A program made the position numbers and the translations under genes. A stretch of 64,000 bases of DNA from a virus (lineage: Duplodnaviria > Heunggongvirae > Uroviricota > Caudoviricetes). A model generated the notes under the pieces. That model did no database searches, was not told the origin of the DNA, and saw nothing but the letters and a program-made list of their open reading frames with translations. The stretch lies in the IMG/VR virus record IMGVR_UViG_3300026966_000012. One strand, 5' to 3'. Each line of letters begins with the position of its first letter. Positions within the stretch are counted from its first letter, which is position 1. This document shows positions 26,074-35,914 of this stretch, in pieces.

Positions 26074-27807
26074 ATGAGTGACGCAGAAACACCGACAGAC
26101 GACGCGAACGATCCAGTCGAGATCACCGCCGAGGTCGAGTCGGCTGACGGCACAACGGCAACGGTCACCCGATCGGCATCGCTGGCCGAAGTTGTCTCTG
26201 AGCCCCGCGAGATCCTCGAGAAAGATCAGTTCGAGACTGACTTCGACCTGTATGAACGGCTCATAGAGATCGACCCCGAACTGGCTGGGACGATCCGCGC
26301 ACAGGCACAGCTGGCCTCTGGCTTCGAACTAATCCACCCCACTACAGAAGGAGACAGTGAGGAGCCGACGGACGCAGATGTGACCGCACATAACGACTGC
26401 ATGGAGCTGGTCCAGGCCCTGGACCTCGACCTGTCCCAGCCGTCGATGTTCAAGCACATGATCGGGATGGGTAACGACATCTCGAAGATCATCTATTCGG
26501 ATGGCGTTGGCGTGACTGGTCTCCAGTCGCTCCCCCTCCGGTCGGTGACGATCATCGACGAGGACACACAGCCGGGTGTGCAGAACGCAATTGCTGAAGC
26601 GAAAAAGCAGGCGCAGGACGACGAGGAGATCGAGCTCACGACGTACACCGATAACCTCCCGGACGCAGTCGTACAGGATGCCGACTTCTACGTCCTGAAC
26701 GAGGGCAAGAAGGACATGAAGATGATCGAGTCGTGGAAGATCCTTCACCTCGCTGTCGAGCGCCGTGGCAACTGGTTCACCGACAAGTTCGACCGCAAGA
26801 CCTACGGGGTGTGGGGTGCCCCGCGAATCGAGCCGACAAAGTTCGCCCTCCAGGCCAAGCACAACACGCTCACGAACAAGGTGTCGATGGATGACTCACT
26901 GATCGCCCGTGAGATCTACCACATCGACGTCGCCACGCTATTCGGCCACATCAATAACGACGACAAACGAGAGAAGAAAGCGAAAAAGTACGCCTCCGAC
27001 CTCAAGGAGACACTCGAGGGACTGGGTCCCGACGAGAAGCCGATCCTCCCGGACGAAGTGAGCGTCGACGTTCAGGGACCCGAGGGGAAGGCCAAAGAGC
27101 ACGGTGACTTCCTCGACCTGATGAACGATTCCATCATGCACGCACTGACGTTCAACGTCTCTGGCGTCGGGCGTGACGCTGGTGGACCGTACATTGGGAA
27201 CCGGCCGGCGAAGGATACGTCGCTGAACAACGTCCGGCACCTTCGCGAGACGATGGGTCGACAACTCCGGAAGCTGTTCAAGATCCACCTGCTCCTCAAG
27301 CACCCCGAGTGGCGCGAGGATATGGCCGACCCCGAGGACGTCTCGACATGGAAGCTCCGCGATGACATCACGCTCCCCAAAGTCGAGTGGGCGCAGATGG
27401 AAGACGGAGACCTCGAGCGCATCGTCAACGCGGCGACGAAAGCGTACGGGTCGAAGCTGATCACGCGTAACGAGGCCCGAGAGATGTTCGGCCTCGACCC
27501 GATCCCCGACGACGAGATCGACCGCCTGTTCCAGGACCAGTTCATGAACATGGAGATTCAGGACGAGTTCAACCGACGCCAGCAAGAGCGTCAACAGGAG
27601 GATGCCCCCGAACGGGATCAGGATACTGAGGAAGAAGACGAGGAGGATGCAAGTGTTGCTCAGACCGCCTCCACCTCACTACCACCAGAAGCGCAAGAAA
27701 CAGTCGCGAATGAATCGTTCCGATCGGCGCTGGCCACAGGGTTCGATGACGCTGTGTCGAACATGAACGTCGCGCTGAGTCAGGGGGATGCTGATGACAC
27801 TGAGTGA
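26074..27807 (+). CDS. portal protein
   Basis: 577 aa directly after the terminase; acidic C-terminus; size and position typical of a portal. Confidence 0.75.
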   Translation: MSDAETPTDDANDPVEITAEVESADGTTATVTRSASLAEVVSEPREILEKDQFETDFDLYERLIEIDPELAGTIRAQAQLASGFELIHPTTEGDSEEPTDADVTAHNDCMELVQALDLDLSQPSMFKHMIGMGNDISKIIYSDGVGVTGLQSLPLRSVTIIDEDTQPGVQNAIAEAKKQAQDDEEIELTTYTDNLPDAVVQDADFYVLNEGKKDMKMIESWKILHLAVERRGNWFTDKFDRKTYGVWGAPRIEPTKFALQAKHNTLTNKVSMDDSLIAREIYHIDVATLFGHINNDDKREKKAKKYASDLKETLEGLGPDEKPILPDEVSVDVQGPEGKAKEHGDFLDLMNDSIMHALTFNVSGVGRDAGGPYIGNRPAKDTSLNNVRHLRETMGRQLRKLFKIHLLLKHPEWREDMADPEDVSTWKLRDDITLPKVEWAQMEDGDLERIVNAATKAYGSKLITRNEAREMFGLDPIPDDEIDRLFQDQFMNMEIQDEFNRRQQERQQEDAPERDQDTEEEDEEDASVAQTASTSLPPEAQETVANESFRSALATGFDDAVSNMNVALSQGDADDTE

Positions 27808-28654
27808 CCAACTCATGGAGCACGTAGACACACTCCGTTCGGAGCACGAAGAAGCGACCGAGACACACATGCGCGACGCATACGATGATGGGGCGTACCA
27901 GGAAGCAAAGTGGCTTCGTAACCTGGGCGTCCAGGTCACTACCCCCGACCCTGAGCCGGGGGACGAGCTCGATGAAATCCGAGAGCGAGCTGCGTCTCGC
28001 ACCCGGTGGTACGACGATGCGCTGGAAAATGCCGTATTCTCAAGTCTCGAAGAATCGAAGGGTAGCGTCTATGAGACGCTTGCTCGCGTGTTCGACGATG
28101 GGTTCACGATCACTCCCGGAGAAGCGCCGGTCAAGTGGGTCAGTCCCGATGGTTCGGCGTCGTTTGACGACCGCACGGTCGCCTCGATAACGCTCGATCC
28201 TGAGACCTACTTCGAATGGGTGACGGCGGTGGCTATTGTCGAAGCACGGAGTGCCGGCCGCGTATCCGTTCAGCTCGAACTGGGCGAAGTCATGGGTCAC
28301 GTGTGGGTCGACCCGCTCGACGAACAGACGACCCCCATGGCCGCTCGCCTCCACGGTGAAACGTACGGCCGAGACGGCTTCCCGTTTTACCCACCTGTCG
28401 CATACGGCGGGCGGTCGCGTGTGTGGCCGGTGTTCGAAGCATCGTCGACGCCGGCGGCACGGCTCCCGTCGGTAGATACGCTCGTGGGCCAGCGAGAACG
28501 CTGGTTCATCAACTACTCGCGGATGCAGAACGGGGAGCTCCCGGAAGACGACTGGGCGAGCGAGCCTGTGGTCGAGGGAGAATACAACCTGGCGTTCATC
28601 TACACGCAGTTACTCCCGCGAGACCCTGCACAGTACCTCCCCACCAACGAATAA
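27788..28654 (+). CDS. putative head morphogenesis / minor head protein (Mu F or SPP1 gp7-like)
   Basis: Position immediately after the portal; 288 aa. Confidence 0.4.
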   Translation: MLMTLSDQLMEHVDTLRSEHEEATETHMRDAYDDGAYQEAKWLRNLGVQVTTPDPEPGDELDEIRERAASRTRWYDDALENAVFSSLEESKGSVYETLARVFDDGFTITPGEAPVKWVSPDGSASFDDRTVASITLDPETYFEWVTAVAIVEARSAGRVSVQLELGEVMGHVWVDPLDEQTTPMAARLHGETYGRDGFPFYPPVAYGGRSRVWPVFEASSTPAARLPSVDTLVGQRERWFINYSRMQNGELPEDDWASEPVVEGEYNLAFIYTQLLPRDPAQYLPTNE

Positions 28655-28920
28655 TGTCCCCCAACAAACCACTCGCAGACTGGCAAAAGCTGACGATCAT
28701 GGCCCAGGCCCCGTTCCGGGGCAACCGGACTATCGCAAAGCGCGCGGAATGCTCTGTCTGGGCTGTTAGGAAGTACCGCTCGATGATGAAGGAGAACGGC
28801 CACGCCCTCGACGTCGGAGTGACCGAGGAGTACGATGAAGCCCTCGTCTCAGAGGAAGCGATGGAGATTTTCGACACGATCGTCGACGAAGGGCTGAACC
28901 AGGAGCGCGGGAGGATATGA
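28654..28920 (+). CDS. small HTH-like protein
   Basis: Internal ATG (index 77) of track ORF 28423..28920; TIAKRAECSVWAVRKY. Confidence 0.4.
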   Translation: MSPNKPLADWQKLTIMAQAPFRGNRTIAKRAECSVWAVRKYRSMMKENGHALDVGVTEEYDEALVSEEAMEIFDTIVDEGLNQERGRI

Positions 28921-29147
28921 TGCCCCGGGCGAAGGACGTGGTGAGCGTCCTCCTGGTCGGCGCTGTCACGAGCGTGTGGCTCTACCAGACGCTCGACCCG
29001 GCGCTGGCTGAGGACTTCGCTATTAAAGCCCTCGCACTCACGTTCGCGGCTGCTGGTGGTATCACACTGTTCGGTCGTGGGACGATGAGAGCTGCAAAGA
29101 GGGTGGCTGAATCGACACTCCGCCCGCGAGAAAAGACCGAGGAATGA
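28917..29147 (+). CDS. small membrane protein
   Basis: Two predicted TM segments. Confidence 0.45.
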   Translation: MMPRAKDVVSVLLVGAVTSVWLYQTLDPALAEDFAIKALALTFAAAGGITLFGRGTMRAAKRVAESTLRPREKTEE

Positions 29148-29545
29148 GACTCGTCAAACAGGAGAACTGGAACGATTGTGCGCCAGCATGTTTGGCCATG
29201 GTCACTGGCGTACCGATTACCGAAGTCAAAGGGTTCGTTCACGTCCCGACGACACACGCGGAGATGTATGCGTTTCTGTATCATCGGGTCGACGAAGTGA
29301 ATCTGATCCCGATTCTCGACGAGATGAAATTTCGCGACGTGAGAAGGAGAGATGAGCTGTTCCGCGACAATCGCCCGTTCGATGAGCGGACGGTGATCCT
29401 GACCGTGTCTGCGCCGTATCCAGAAGTCTCCTGGCACGCCCTCGTCATCCACGACGGAGAGGTACTGGACCCGAAGCAGGAGTGGAACGACGTTGACGGA
29501 CTCACAGACGTAAGTTGCGTATGGGGATTCGACATCAAGCCCTGA
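29144..29545 (+). CDS. putative papain-like/C39-type cysteine peptidase
   Basis: QENWNDCAPACLAMV (Gln, Cys) and a later WHALVIHDG His. Confidence 0.4.
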   Translation: MRLVKQENWNDCAPACLAMVTGVPITEVKGFVHVPTTHAEMYAFLYHRVDEVNLIPILDEMKFRDVRRRDELFRDNRPFDERTVILTVSAPYPEVSWHALVIHDGEVLDPKQEWNDVDGLTDVSCVWGFDIKP

Positions 29546-29634
29546 GCCTGTCGACTTCCCAGACAGGTGGGAGATAGAAGGGTCGAATCACCAGACAAGT
29601 AAGCTTTTTATCAATGTAACGTATTTGGTAATAT

Positions 29635-30654
29635 ATGCAAGCTGTTGTAGATGCAACTGGAAACGCACCCAGCCTCGCACCCCTGAACGCGCGCCGCTCT
29701 CGATTCAGCCTCCCAGTCGCTGGAGAGACGATCATCGAGCGCGTCGTAAGCGGGCTCGTCGATATCGGTGTTGAACGGATCGCGATTGTCACGGACGAAG
29801 ACTCCATCCGGACGATCTTCGGCGCTGAGCGCGGTGTCGATCGGCTCGGCATGGAGGACGTCGAACTGTGTTTCATCCCGCACTACTACGGCGACACAGC
29901 GTCGAAGACACGCGGTCTGGCGGAAGACACTGGCTTCCTGTGGGTCCGTGGCGATACACTCTACGACTGGGAGACGATTGCCCAACTCGCCGAGCACGAT
30001 GCGGCACTCGGATACGTCCCTCACCCGCACGAGGCGGCCCACGGGAAGCTCCAGATCAACGGTGACGACCTGCGCGCATCGCCCGGCGAATACACACACT
30101 CTGGGGCACACCTGGCCTACGCGTACAAGTTCCCACCCCGAGCTCACGAGTGGGACTACGGAATCGATCCGATGACAGAGGAACTCGCCACGGAGCCCGG
30201 CACAGAGGAGGTCTCGATTCGCTGGACGCCGATCACGAACCCGAGAGACTATCTGCAAGCGAACCTCGAGCGGGCCGGTGCTGGTGGTAGTGAGATGTCG
30301 GTCGATGGAACACTGGTCGGACCCTGCGTGATCGGAGAGGACGTGACCGTCGGACCGGGTGCTGTGGTCGAATCGTCTGTGCTCCTGGACGGTGCGACTA
30401 TCGGTGCCGGATCGTACGTTGGATACTCAGTGGTCGACGAGGGCGTCACTATCGAACAGAACGTGACGACGAATACGCGAGCAGCCAGTGGGGAAACGGT
30501 CGTCGCAGAGTTCGGCGGCGAACGGGTAGACACTGGGATGACGGAGTTCGGGACAGTCTTCGGCCCAGGGGTGACGGTTCAGGCCGGGGCGACGGTCATG
30601 CGCGGGACCACGATCGACACGGGACTGACTGTTGATCCTGGGGAAGTTCGCTGA
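29635..30654 (+). CDS. sugar-nucleotidyltransferase-like protein with a C-terminal hexapeptide-repeat (left-handed beta-helix) domain
   Basis: N-terminal NTP-transferase-like fold; hexapeptide repeats GPCVIGEDVTVGPGAVVESSVLLDGATIGAGSYVG. Confidence 0.65.
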   Translation: MQAVVDATGNAPSLAPLNARRSRFSLPVAGETIIERVVSGLVDIGVERIAIVTDEDSIRTIFGAERGVDRLGMEDVELCFIPHYYGDTASKTRGLAEDTGFLWVRGDTLYDWETIAQLAEHDAALGYVPHPHEAAHGKLQINGDDLRASPGEYTHSGAHLAYAYKFPPRAHEWDYGIDPMTEELATEPGTEEVSIRWTPITNPRDYLQANLERAGAGGSEMSVDGTLVGPCVIGEDVTVGPGAVVESSVLLDGATIGAGSYVGYSVVDEGVTIEQNVTTNTRAASGETVVAEFGGERVDTGMTEFGTVFGPGVTVQAGATVMRGTTIDTGLTVDPGEVR

Positions 30655-30698
30655 GTGCGTGAAAACCCGTATCAGAGCCTGATAGCGTAGGAGATTCA

Positions 30699-31025
30699 GT
30701 GTACGTCGAAGACCTCTCATCCGGCTACCTGCTGACGAAGCTCAGCGTCGAACTGTGGGACGAGGACTACGGGGCGATGGACTACGCAGACCACGGAATC
30801 CTGTCTGACGTCGTCTACGACGGTGGCCGCCATCCGTTGTTGATCAAAGGACAGCGACATCGGTCGATGTACATCCCCGTCTACCCCGAATCGTCGGTCC
30901 CACGAGATACGGTATTCGTCCCTGGTGAGGGTCGAGCACCGCAGCCGGAACAGGAACGCATACTTGTCGCAAAACGTGCACATGCCCTCAAGCTACTCAG
31001 GCTGATGAGCCACGACCCCCTCTGA
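30699..31025 (+). CDS. hypothetical protein
   Basis: 108 aa. Confidence 0.4.
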   Translation: MYVEDLSSGYLLTKLSVELWDEDYGAMDYADHGILSDVVYDGGRHPLLIKGQRHRSMYIPVYPESSVPRDTVFVPGEGRAPQPEQERILVAKRAHALKLLRLMSHDPL

Positions 31026-31030
31026 ACCCC

Positions 31031-31066
31031 CGCACGTACATATACACACGCACATATGTACGTGCA
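31031..31066. repeat. perfect 34-36 nt alternating purine/pyrimidine palindrome (Z-DNA-prone)
   Basis: cgcacgtacatatacacacgcacatatgtacgtgca; identical copy at 51791. Confidence 0.6.
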
Positions 31067-31562
31067 AAAGGGTAGAGAGTCTGAAAGGGATTAGGTAGGA
31101 AAGTTTTCATTCCGACGTGTGCCGACCCTGTTTCCAGACCGTAACCCCCCACCTCTCGGGCCTGTAAACCACTCTCCACGCAATCCGGCCGAAAAGGCCC
31201 TCTAAACCGCACTCTCAGAGCTTCTATCCTTTGAATATGCCATGTCTGAGCGACATTCTGGGTATCCAGACTGGTTTCCCCTCACCAACCACTCATGTCC
31301 GATACCGCAGGATAACCACCCTGACACTCGTACCACCAGGAACGAAGGCCCGTATTCCTTCAAGATATACAGAGACAAGCAGAGTGGAATCGATAGACTG
31401 CACTGACCTCCACGCATATACGAAAAACGACAGAACAGAAATCTTTAATATCACATCCCACATATTTCTATTCACCCACAGCTACCCAGTGGGACGTGCT
31501 CCCCGAGTGCGTAGAACGGAGATATACATGAAGGAATGGCGACAGAAGTGGAGGAATAGTCT

Positions 31563-32444
31563 ATGAACGAACGTGCGCAGTCAGCGGCTGGGCCGATTGC
31601 GGTCGTGGTCCTGGTCGGTGCCGTTATCCTTGTCGGAGTTGGTCTCGCGTCGATGCAGACAGTCGACGAGGGACACGTCAAAGTGGTCACCTACAAAGGC
31701 AACGCCGAAGGGACGTTCTACCCCGGCAACTGGTATTTCATCAACCCGATCACGCAGGGGACCGTGTCGGTCGACGTTCGGCCACAGGTGATGCAGATGG
31801 TTGCTGCACAGGGAGAAGGCGAGCGTTCCGAGTTCGACGACTCGATCAAAGTAGTGACTAACGACAACATGCGAGTGCCAGTTGACGTTGCGATCACCTA
31901 CCAGGTCGACGACCCGGTCACCTTCTATGAGGAGTGGAAGACTCACGACCAGGCCCGACAGCGGGCGATCCGACCTGGGTCCCGGGCCGCCATCTACACC
32001 GTTGGTGGTGGGATGTCCGGTACCGAGATCACCAACGACGAGGCACGAGAGCGGATGCGCCTCGCTGTTGCTGAAGAACTGGAAGACCGGTTCGACGGGA
32101 CGGGGCTCGCTCTGATCGCTGTCGACATCCGTGGCGTGTACCCACCCGACTCGTTCCTGGATGCGGCCGAGAACGCCCAGGCCGAGCGTCAGGAGATCAT
32201 CGCTGAACAGCACCGACAGGAAGTTGCCAGAGAGCACGCAGAAACGCTCCGTATCGAAGCCGAAGGTGAGCGAGACGCCCGCCTGATCCGCGCCGAAGCG
32301 TACGAGAACGACGCTGTCCTCGAAGCGATGTACATCGACGAGCTCAGCGAGTCCAACGTGATCTACGTACCGGTCGGTAACGATGGCGTGCCACTGTTCA
32401 TGGACGTCAGCGACGACGAGAACAGTACAAGCGGGAGTCCGTAA
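31563..32444 (+). CDS. SPFH/band-7 (prohibitin/stomatin-like) membrane protein
   Basis: N-terminal TM segment; SPFH domain with a coiled-coil EA-rich tail. Confidence 0.85.
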   Translation: MNERAQSAAGPIAVVVLVGAVILVGVGLASMQTVDEGHVKVVTYKGNAEGTFYPGNWYFINPITQGTVSVDVRPQVMQMVAAQGEGERSEFDDSIKVVTNDNMRVPVDVAITYQVDDPVTFYEEWKTHDQARQRAIRPGSRAAIYTVGGGMSGTEITNDEARERMRLAVAEELEDRFDGTGLALIAVDIRGVYPPDSFLDAAENAQAERQEIIAEQHRQEVAREHAETLRIEAEGERDARLIRAEAYENDAVLEAMYIDELSESNVIYVPVGNDGVPLFMDVSDDENSTSGSP

Positions 32445-32447
32445 GTC

Positions 32448-32627
32448 ATGGCTCTCGCGGTCGTGGGCCTCCTGCTCGTGTGGGTGTCTCTGTGCATCGT
32501 TACGTTCGTCGCCTATCGGATGTACATGCGCCACCGCGACCGGAAGCACGAGGAGCGTATCAAACAGCTGGAGACGCAGCAAACGCTGTTCGAGAACGAC
32601 GAGCTGTTCGACGACGAGGACCTGTAA
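32448..32627 (+). CDS. small membrane protein partner of the SPFH protein (59 aa)
   Basis: MALAVVGLLLVWVSLCIVTFVAY, then a charged tail. Confidence 0.4.
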   Translation: MALAVVGLLLVWVSLCIVTFVAYRMYMRHRDRKHEERIKQLETQQTLFENDELFDDEDL

Positions 32628-32628
32628 G

Positions 32629-32724
32629 ATGATCCCGCCCGAATCGTACTGGATGGCGGCGGGAGCGGTACTGGGCGTCGCGGGGACGCTCCTGGGACTG
32701 TACCTCGACGGGTACATCCCGTAG
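32629..32724 (+). CDS. tiny membrane peptide (31 aa)
   Basis: MIPPESYWMAAGAVLGVAGTLLGLYLDGYIP. Confidence 0.3.
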   Translation: MIPPESYWMAAGAVLGVAGTLLGLYLDGYIP

Positions 32725-32731
32725 CGGCGAC

Positions 32732-32776
32732 TGTCGGCCCGGCTGGGTCATTCGGGGTTCGAATCCCCGACCGACA
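32732..32776 (+). other. tRNA-like minihelix (acceptor-like stem TGTCGG/CCGACA plus T-arm CGGGG-TTCGAAT-CCCCG); candidate attP core or tRNA-like element
   Basis: Canonical T-loop GGTTCGAATCC; no D arm or anticodon arm. Confidence 0.4.
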
Positions 32777-32788
32777 CTGGGGTGACCA

Positions 32789-33601
32789 ATGCAAATCAAA
32801 CAAATCGCAGGCACGCCGCACCCCGAGCGACTGGTGAGTCTGTGTGCACGAAACGACTATCGAGCTGATGGCGTCATCGACCACTCATTCGCCGAGATCA
32901 TGGCGGGTGTGAAAGTGGACGACGACGTCGTCGACGATCTCCGTGAGGAGTGGTTTGACGACGACGATGTTGCACGGGACGACCCGTGGGATGCGATGCC
33001 AGCCGAGTTCAGAACAGAAGCAGAACAACGATCGCTCCTCAAGCATACCATGAACGAGGGCCACTGGGGCGTGTTCGAGCACCCACAGGCGACGCTCGCG
33101 CTCGAGGGTATCACCCGGACATCGATGGCGCAGATCACGCGCCACCGACACTTCACGTTCGACATCATGTCCCTCCGATACGTCACACTCGACTTCGACT
33201 CGGTCGAGGAGATGAAGGAGCGATTCGCCGAGCCTGATGAGATCACGGCCGAGGAGGTCGTGAGTCGGAACGGCGTCGAGACCATCGACATGGACCCCGA
33301 CGAGCGCGAGGAGATCTGGTGGGAGACGATCGCCCACACCGCCCACACCTACAACACACTCGTGGACGCTGGCGTCCCTCAGGAAGAAGCGCGCAAAGTC
33401 CTCGGTATGGGAACGAAGGTCAACATCATGATGTCTGGGAACGCCCGGGCCTGGATGCACCTTCTGAACATCAGAGGGAAAGCGAACGTCCAGGGAGAGG
33501 CCCGAAACATCGCTGACGGCGTGATGGGCGAGATGAAGGAGTGGATGCCGTACACGTTCGAGCGGTACGACGACATGCTCCCACTGAGACTGAACCCATG
33601 A
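32789..33601 (+). CDS. thyX: FAD-dependent thymidylate synthase ThyX
   Basis: ThyX signature RHRHFTFDIMSLRY (RHRxxSxxxxSxRY-like). Confidence 0.85.
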   Translation: MQIKQIAGTPHPERLVSLCARNDYRADGVIDHSFAEIMAGVKVDDDVVDDLREEWFDDDDVARDDPWDAMPAEFRTEAEQRSLLKHTMNEGHWGVFEHPQATLALEGITRTSMAQITRHRHFTFDIMSLRYVTLDFDSVEEMKERFAEPDEITAEEVVSRNGVETIDMDPDEREEIWWETIAHTAHTYNTLVDAGVPQEEARKVLGMGTKVNIMMSGNARAWMHLLNIRGKANVQGEARNIADGVMGEMKEWMPYTFERYDDMLPLRLNP

Positions 33602-34044
33602 GTCAGAAGAAGCTTCCACGATACCAACGGCTGACACCACCGAGAGTACACAACGATGATTACGCCACATACAGAGGCGAATCGATCGGATGGGTTGGAC
33701 GAGCGGAGAACCGTCGTGGGAATGTATTCGTCCAGTATCGACCGAAGGGGGTGAAAGAGCTCCGTAAAGAGGACGGTCGTCGAACAGTCTCGTTCACGAC
33801 GGGAATCCTCGACTACGTACGCGAGCAGCTTGGTGCCAAATGGTTGCTCTCGATCATGTACACAGGGCGCGTCCTGGAGTACGACCTTGCGCAGTTCGAT
33901 GATGGATGGGTCGGTGGTAAGCACCCGGAGACGACGGAGGCGATCGTCAACCTGTACTTTGAGGACGCGCTGTACGAGTGGGAGTACGGCCAGATCAAAC
34001 TGACTGAGCCGATAAACGAGCTCGAGAAGGAGTATGAACAGTGA
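33598..34044 (+). CDS. hypothetical protein
   Basis: Internal ATG (index 19) of track ORF 33541..34044; ATGA overlap. Confidence 0.5.
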   Translation: MSQKKLPRYQRLTPPRVHNDDYATYRGESIGWVGRAENRRGNVFVQYRPKGVKELRKEDGRRTVSFTTGILDYVREQLGAKWLLSIMYTGRVLEYDLAQFDDGWVGGKHPETTEAIVNLYFEDALYEWEYGQIKLTEPINELEKEYEQ

Positions 34045-34217
34045 ACCCAACGGAAGCGCGACAGCGCGTGAAGGACGAGTTCGCACTGGCGGCCGACCTG
34101 ATGGCGACTGGTGACGTCGAACCAGAAGTGATGCGAGAAATGGTTGACAACGTGATCGGTCGATACAACGCCTATCTCGGCGACGAGATCGAAAACATCT
34201 ACGAAGACAATGAGTAA
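34041..34217 (+). CDS. small hypothetical protein (58 aa, GTG start)
   Basis: GTGA overlap; untracked. Confidence 0.35.
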   Translation: MNPTEARQRVKDEFALAADLMATGDVEPEVMREMVDNVIGRYNAYLGDEIENIYEDNE

Positions 34218-34668
34218 CGCAAACACTACAGACGCAGACGCAACGATTCAGAGCAGAGACGACATCCCGGACCGCGACGAGCTCGTCGAGCTTCGACGCG
34301 ACCGTGGCCTCACGAACGGTGAGATCGCAGAGAATCACATCACCGAGTTCAGCTCTCGACAGATAGGGATCTTCGCCTCGATGTACGGCATCGAGAAGGG
34401 CTGGAAGGACGCTGAGTACGTGCAGGAACAAATCGATAGAGGGGTGACCCCCGAAGAACTGGCCGAGCAGTGGCCGATCACGGCCGGCACCGTTCGCGGC
34501 TGGATGGCCGAACACGGTATCGAGGAGAACCCGATCCCTGACGCTTACGCCGACGCGGTCGAGGCGCTGGAACACCTCGCCGAGGTCGTCGACGACGACG
34601 ATCTCGCGACCGAGTACGAGGAGTTCGCGAACGAGCTCGTCGACGACGAGGGTAGCCTGTTCAACTAA
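34210..34668 (+). CDS. HTH-containing protein
   Basis: PEELAEQWPITAGTVRGWMAEHGI; paralog of the 34671 ORF. Confidence 0.5.
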   Translation: MSNANTTDADATIQSRDDIPDRDELVELRRDRGLTNGEIAENHITEFSSRQIGIFASMYGIEKGWKDAEYVQEQIDRGVTPEELAEQWPITAGTVRGWMAEHGIEENPIPDAYADAVEALEHLAEVVDDDDLATEYEEFANELVDDEGSLFN

Positions 34669-34670
34669 CC

Positions 34671-35411
34671 ATGGCCTCGGTAAAGGAACTGTTCAGGTGG
34701 CACATGGGCCTCAAAGCAGATATCGCGGAGATGGCGGAGAGTCTGGAGGTTGAGAACCCTGACGAACTGGTGAGACAGCTGCGCGACGACGGATACCCGA
34801 TTAGAGACGACGACCCAGACTACGGAACAATGGCAACCACGCAAGACACAGAAACTGACGGACAGAACGATGAACACCCCCTCGCGACGGAGAAAAACAG
34901 TCTCAAATCTGTTGACAACCTGAACGAGATCTACGCGGACCTGGAGACGAGGGACGATTACCCATACGACGAAGTTCCATCGAAAGAGCTGTTGAAGCGA
35001 CTCCTGCACTACTGGGGGTTGAAAAAGATCCATGCGGCTGGTATCCTGGAGGAGAAGTCGTCAGCAATCAGCACGTACACGGAAGCGTACGGCTTAAAGA
35101 GAGCGTGGAACGATCCTGACGCGATCCAGCGTGCGATCGACAACGGAGATACGGTTCATGAGCTCGCCGAGCGATGGGTTATCAGTGAGTCCACGTTGAG
35201 AAAAGCCATCGACAAGTACGACATCCGCACGATGTCGCTCATGGTCGCCTACTCGGAAATCATCGAAGCAGGAGACGTGATACTCGAGCAGACGGACAAC
35301 CCCGAGTTGGAAGAACAGCTTCGACAGGTGATCACGACTGTGAAAGCGGAGAGAGGGATGGAAAGTAGTGAGATCGGACAAAAGACAGTTGTAGAGGCTG
35401 AGGCCGAATGA
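34671..35411 (+). CDS. HTH-containing protein (paralog)
   Basis: DTVHELAERWVISESTLRKAIDKYDI. Confidence 0.5.
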   Translation: MASVKELFRWHMGLKADIAEMAESLEVENPDELVRQLRDDGYPIRDDDPDYGTMATTQDTETDGQNDEHPLATEKNSLKSVDNLNEIYADLETRDDYPYDEVPSKELLKRLLHYWGLKKIHAAGILEEKSSAISTYTEAYGLKRAWNDPDAIQRAIDNGDTVHELAERWVISESTLRKAIDKYDIRTMSLMVAYSEIIEAGDVILEQTDNPELEEQLRQVITTVKAERGMESSEIGQKTVVEAEAE

Positions 35412-35725
35412 GTACCGAGCGGTATGAGGAGTCTTCGGTCGGTGAGCCGAACATCCTCGAAGAAGCCAACGACACGGTCGGTCAGCGGGCCGAGGAGTAC
35501 GGGCCGCCGACTGAGAACTTCCGGTGCATCGCCGACATGTGGTCTGGATACCTCGGCATCGAGGTGACGCCGTACGACTACGCGATGCTCATGCAGCTCG
35601 CGAAGATCGGGCGCACCAAGACCGGTGGACCTGACCGGGACACGCACGTCGACATCCCGGGATATGCGCTCACGGCCGATCTCGTCAATCAGGACGGGTC
35701 GGAGCCAGGGCCGTACCTCGGCTGA
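35408..35725 (+). CDS. hypothetical protein
   Basis: 105 aa. Confidence 0.5.
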   Translation: MSTERYEESSVGEPNILEEANDTVGQRAEEYGPPTENFRCIADMWSGYLGIEVTPYDYAMLMQLAKIGRTKTGGPDRDTHVDIPGYALTADLVNQDGSEPGPYLG

Positions 35726-35726
35726 T

Positions 35727-35785
35727 GTCCTAACTAATCTCACCCACACGAGCCGTTCGAATCTTAGTTAGGACAGCGAAACGCT
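35727..35785. repeat. 11-bp inverted repeat (GTCCTAACTAA / TTAGTTAGGAC) with a 37-bp spacer
   Basis: Intergenic, immediately after the stop at 35725. Confidence 0.4.
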
Positions 35786-35914
35786 CAGTTCCCAAACTCG
35801 TGTTTCGAGACGACGATGGAGCTACAGTAATGCGTTTGACCGATAGTAAGAAAATAGACCTATCAGTATTAGAAAACTATATACTCGCACACTGACTACT
35901 CTTAGCAAACAAGC

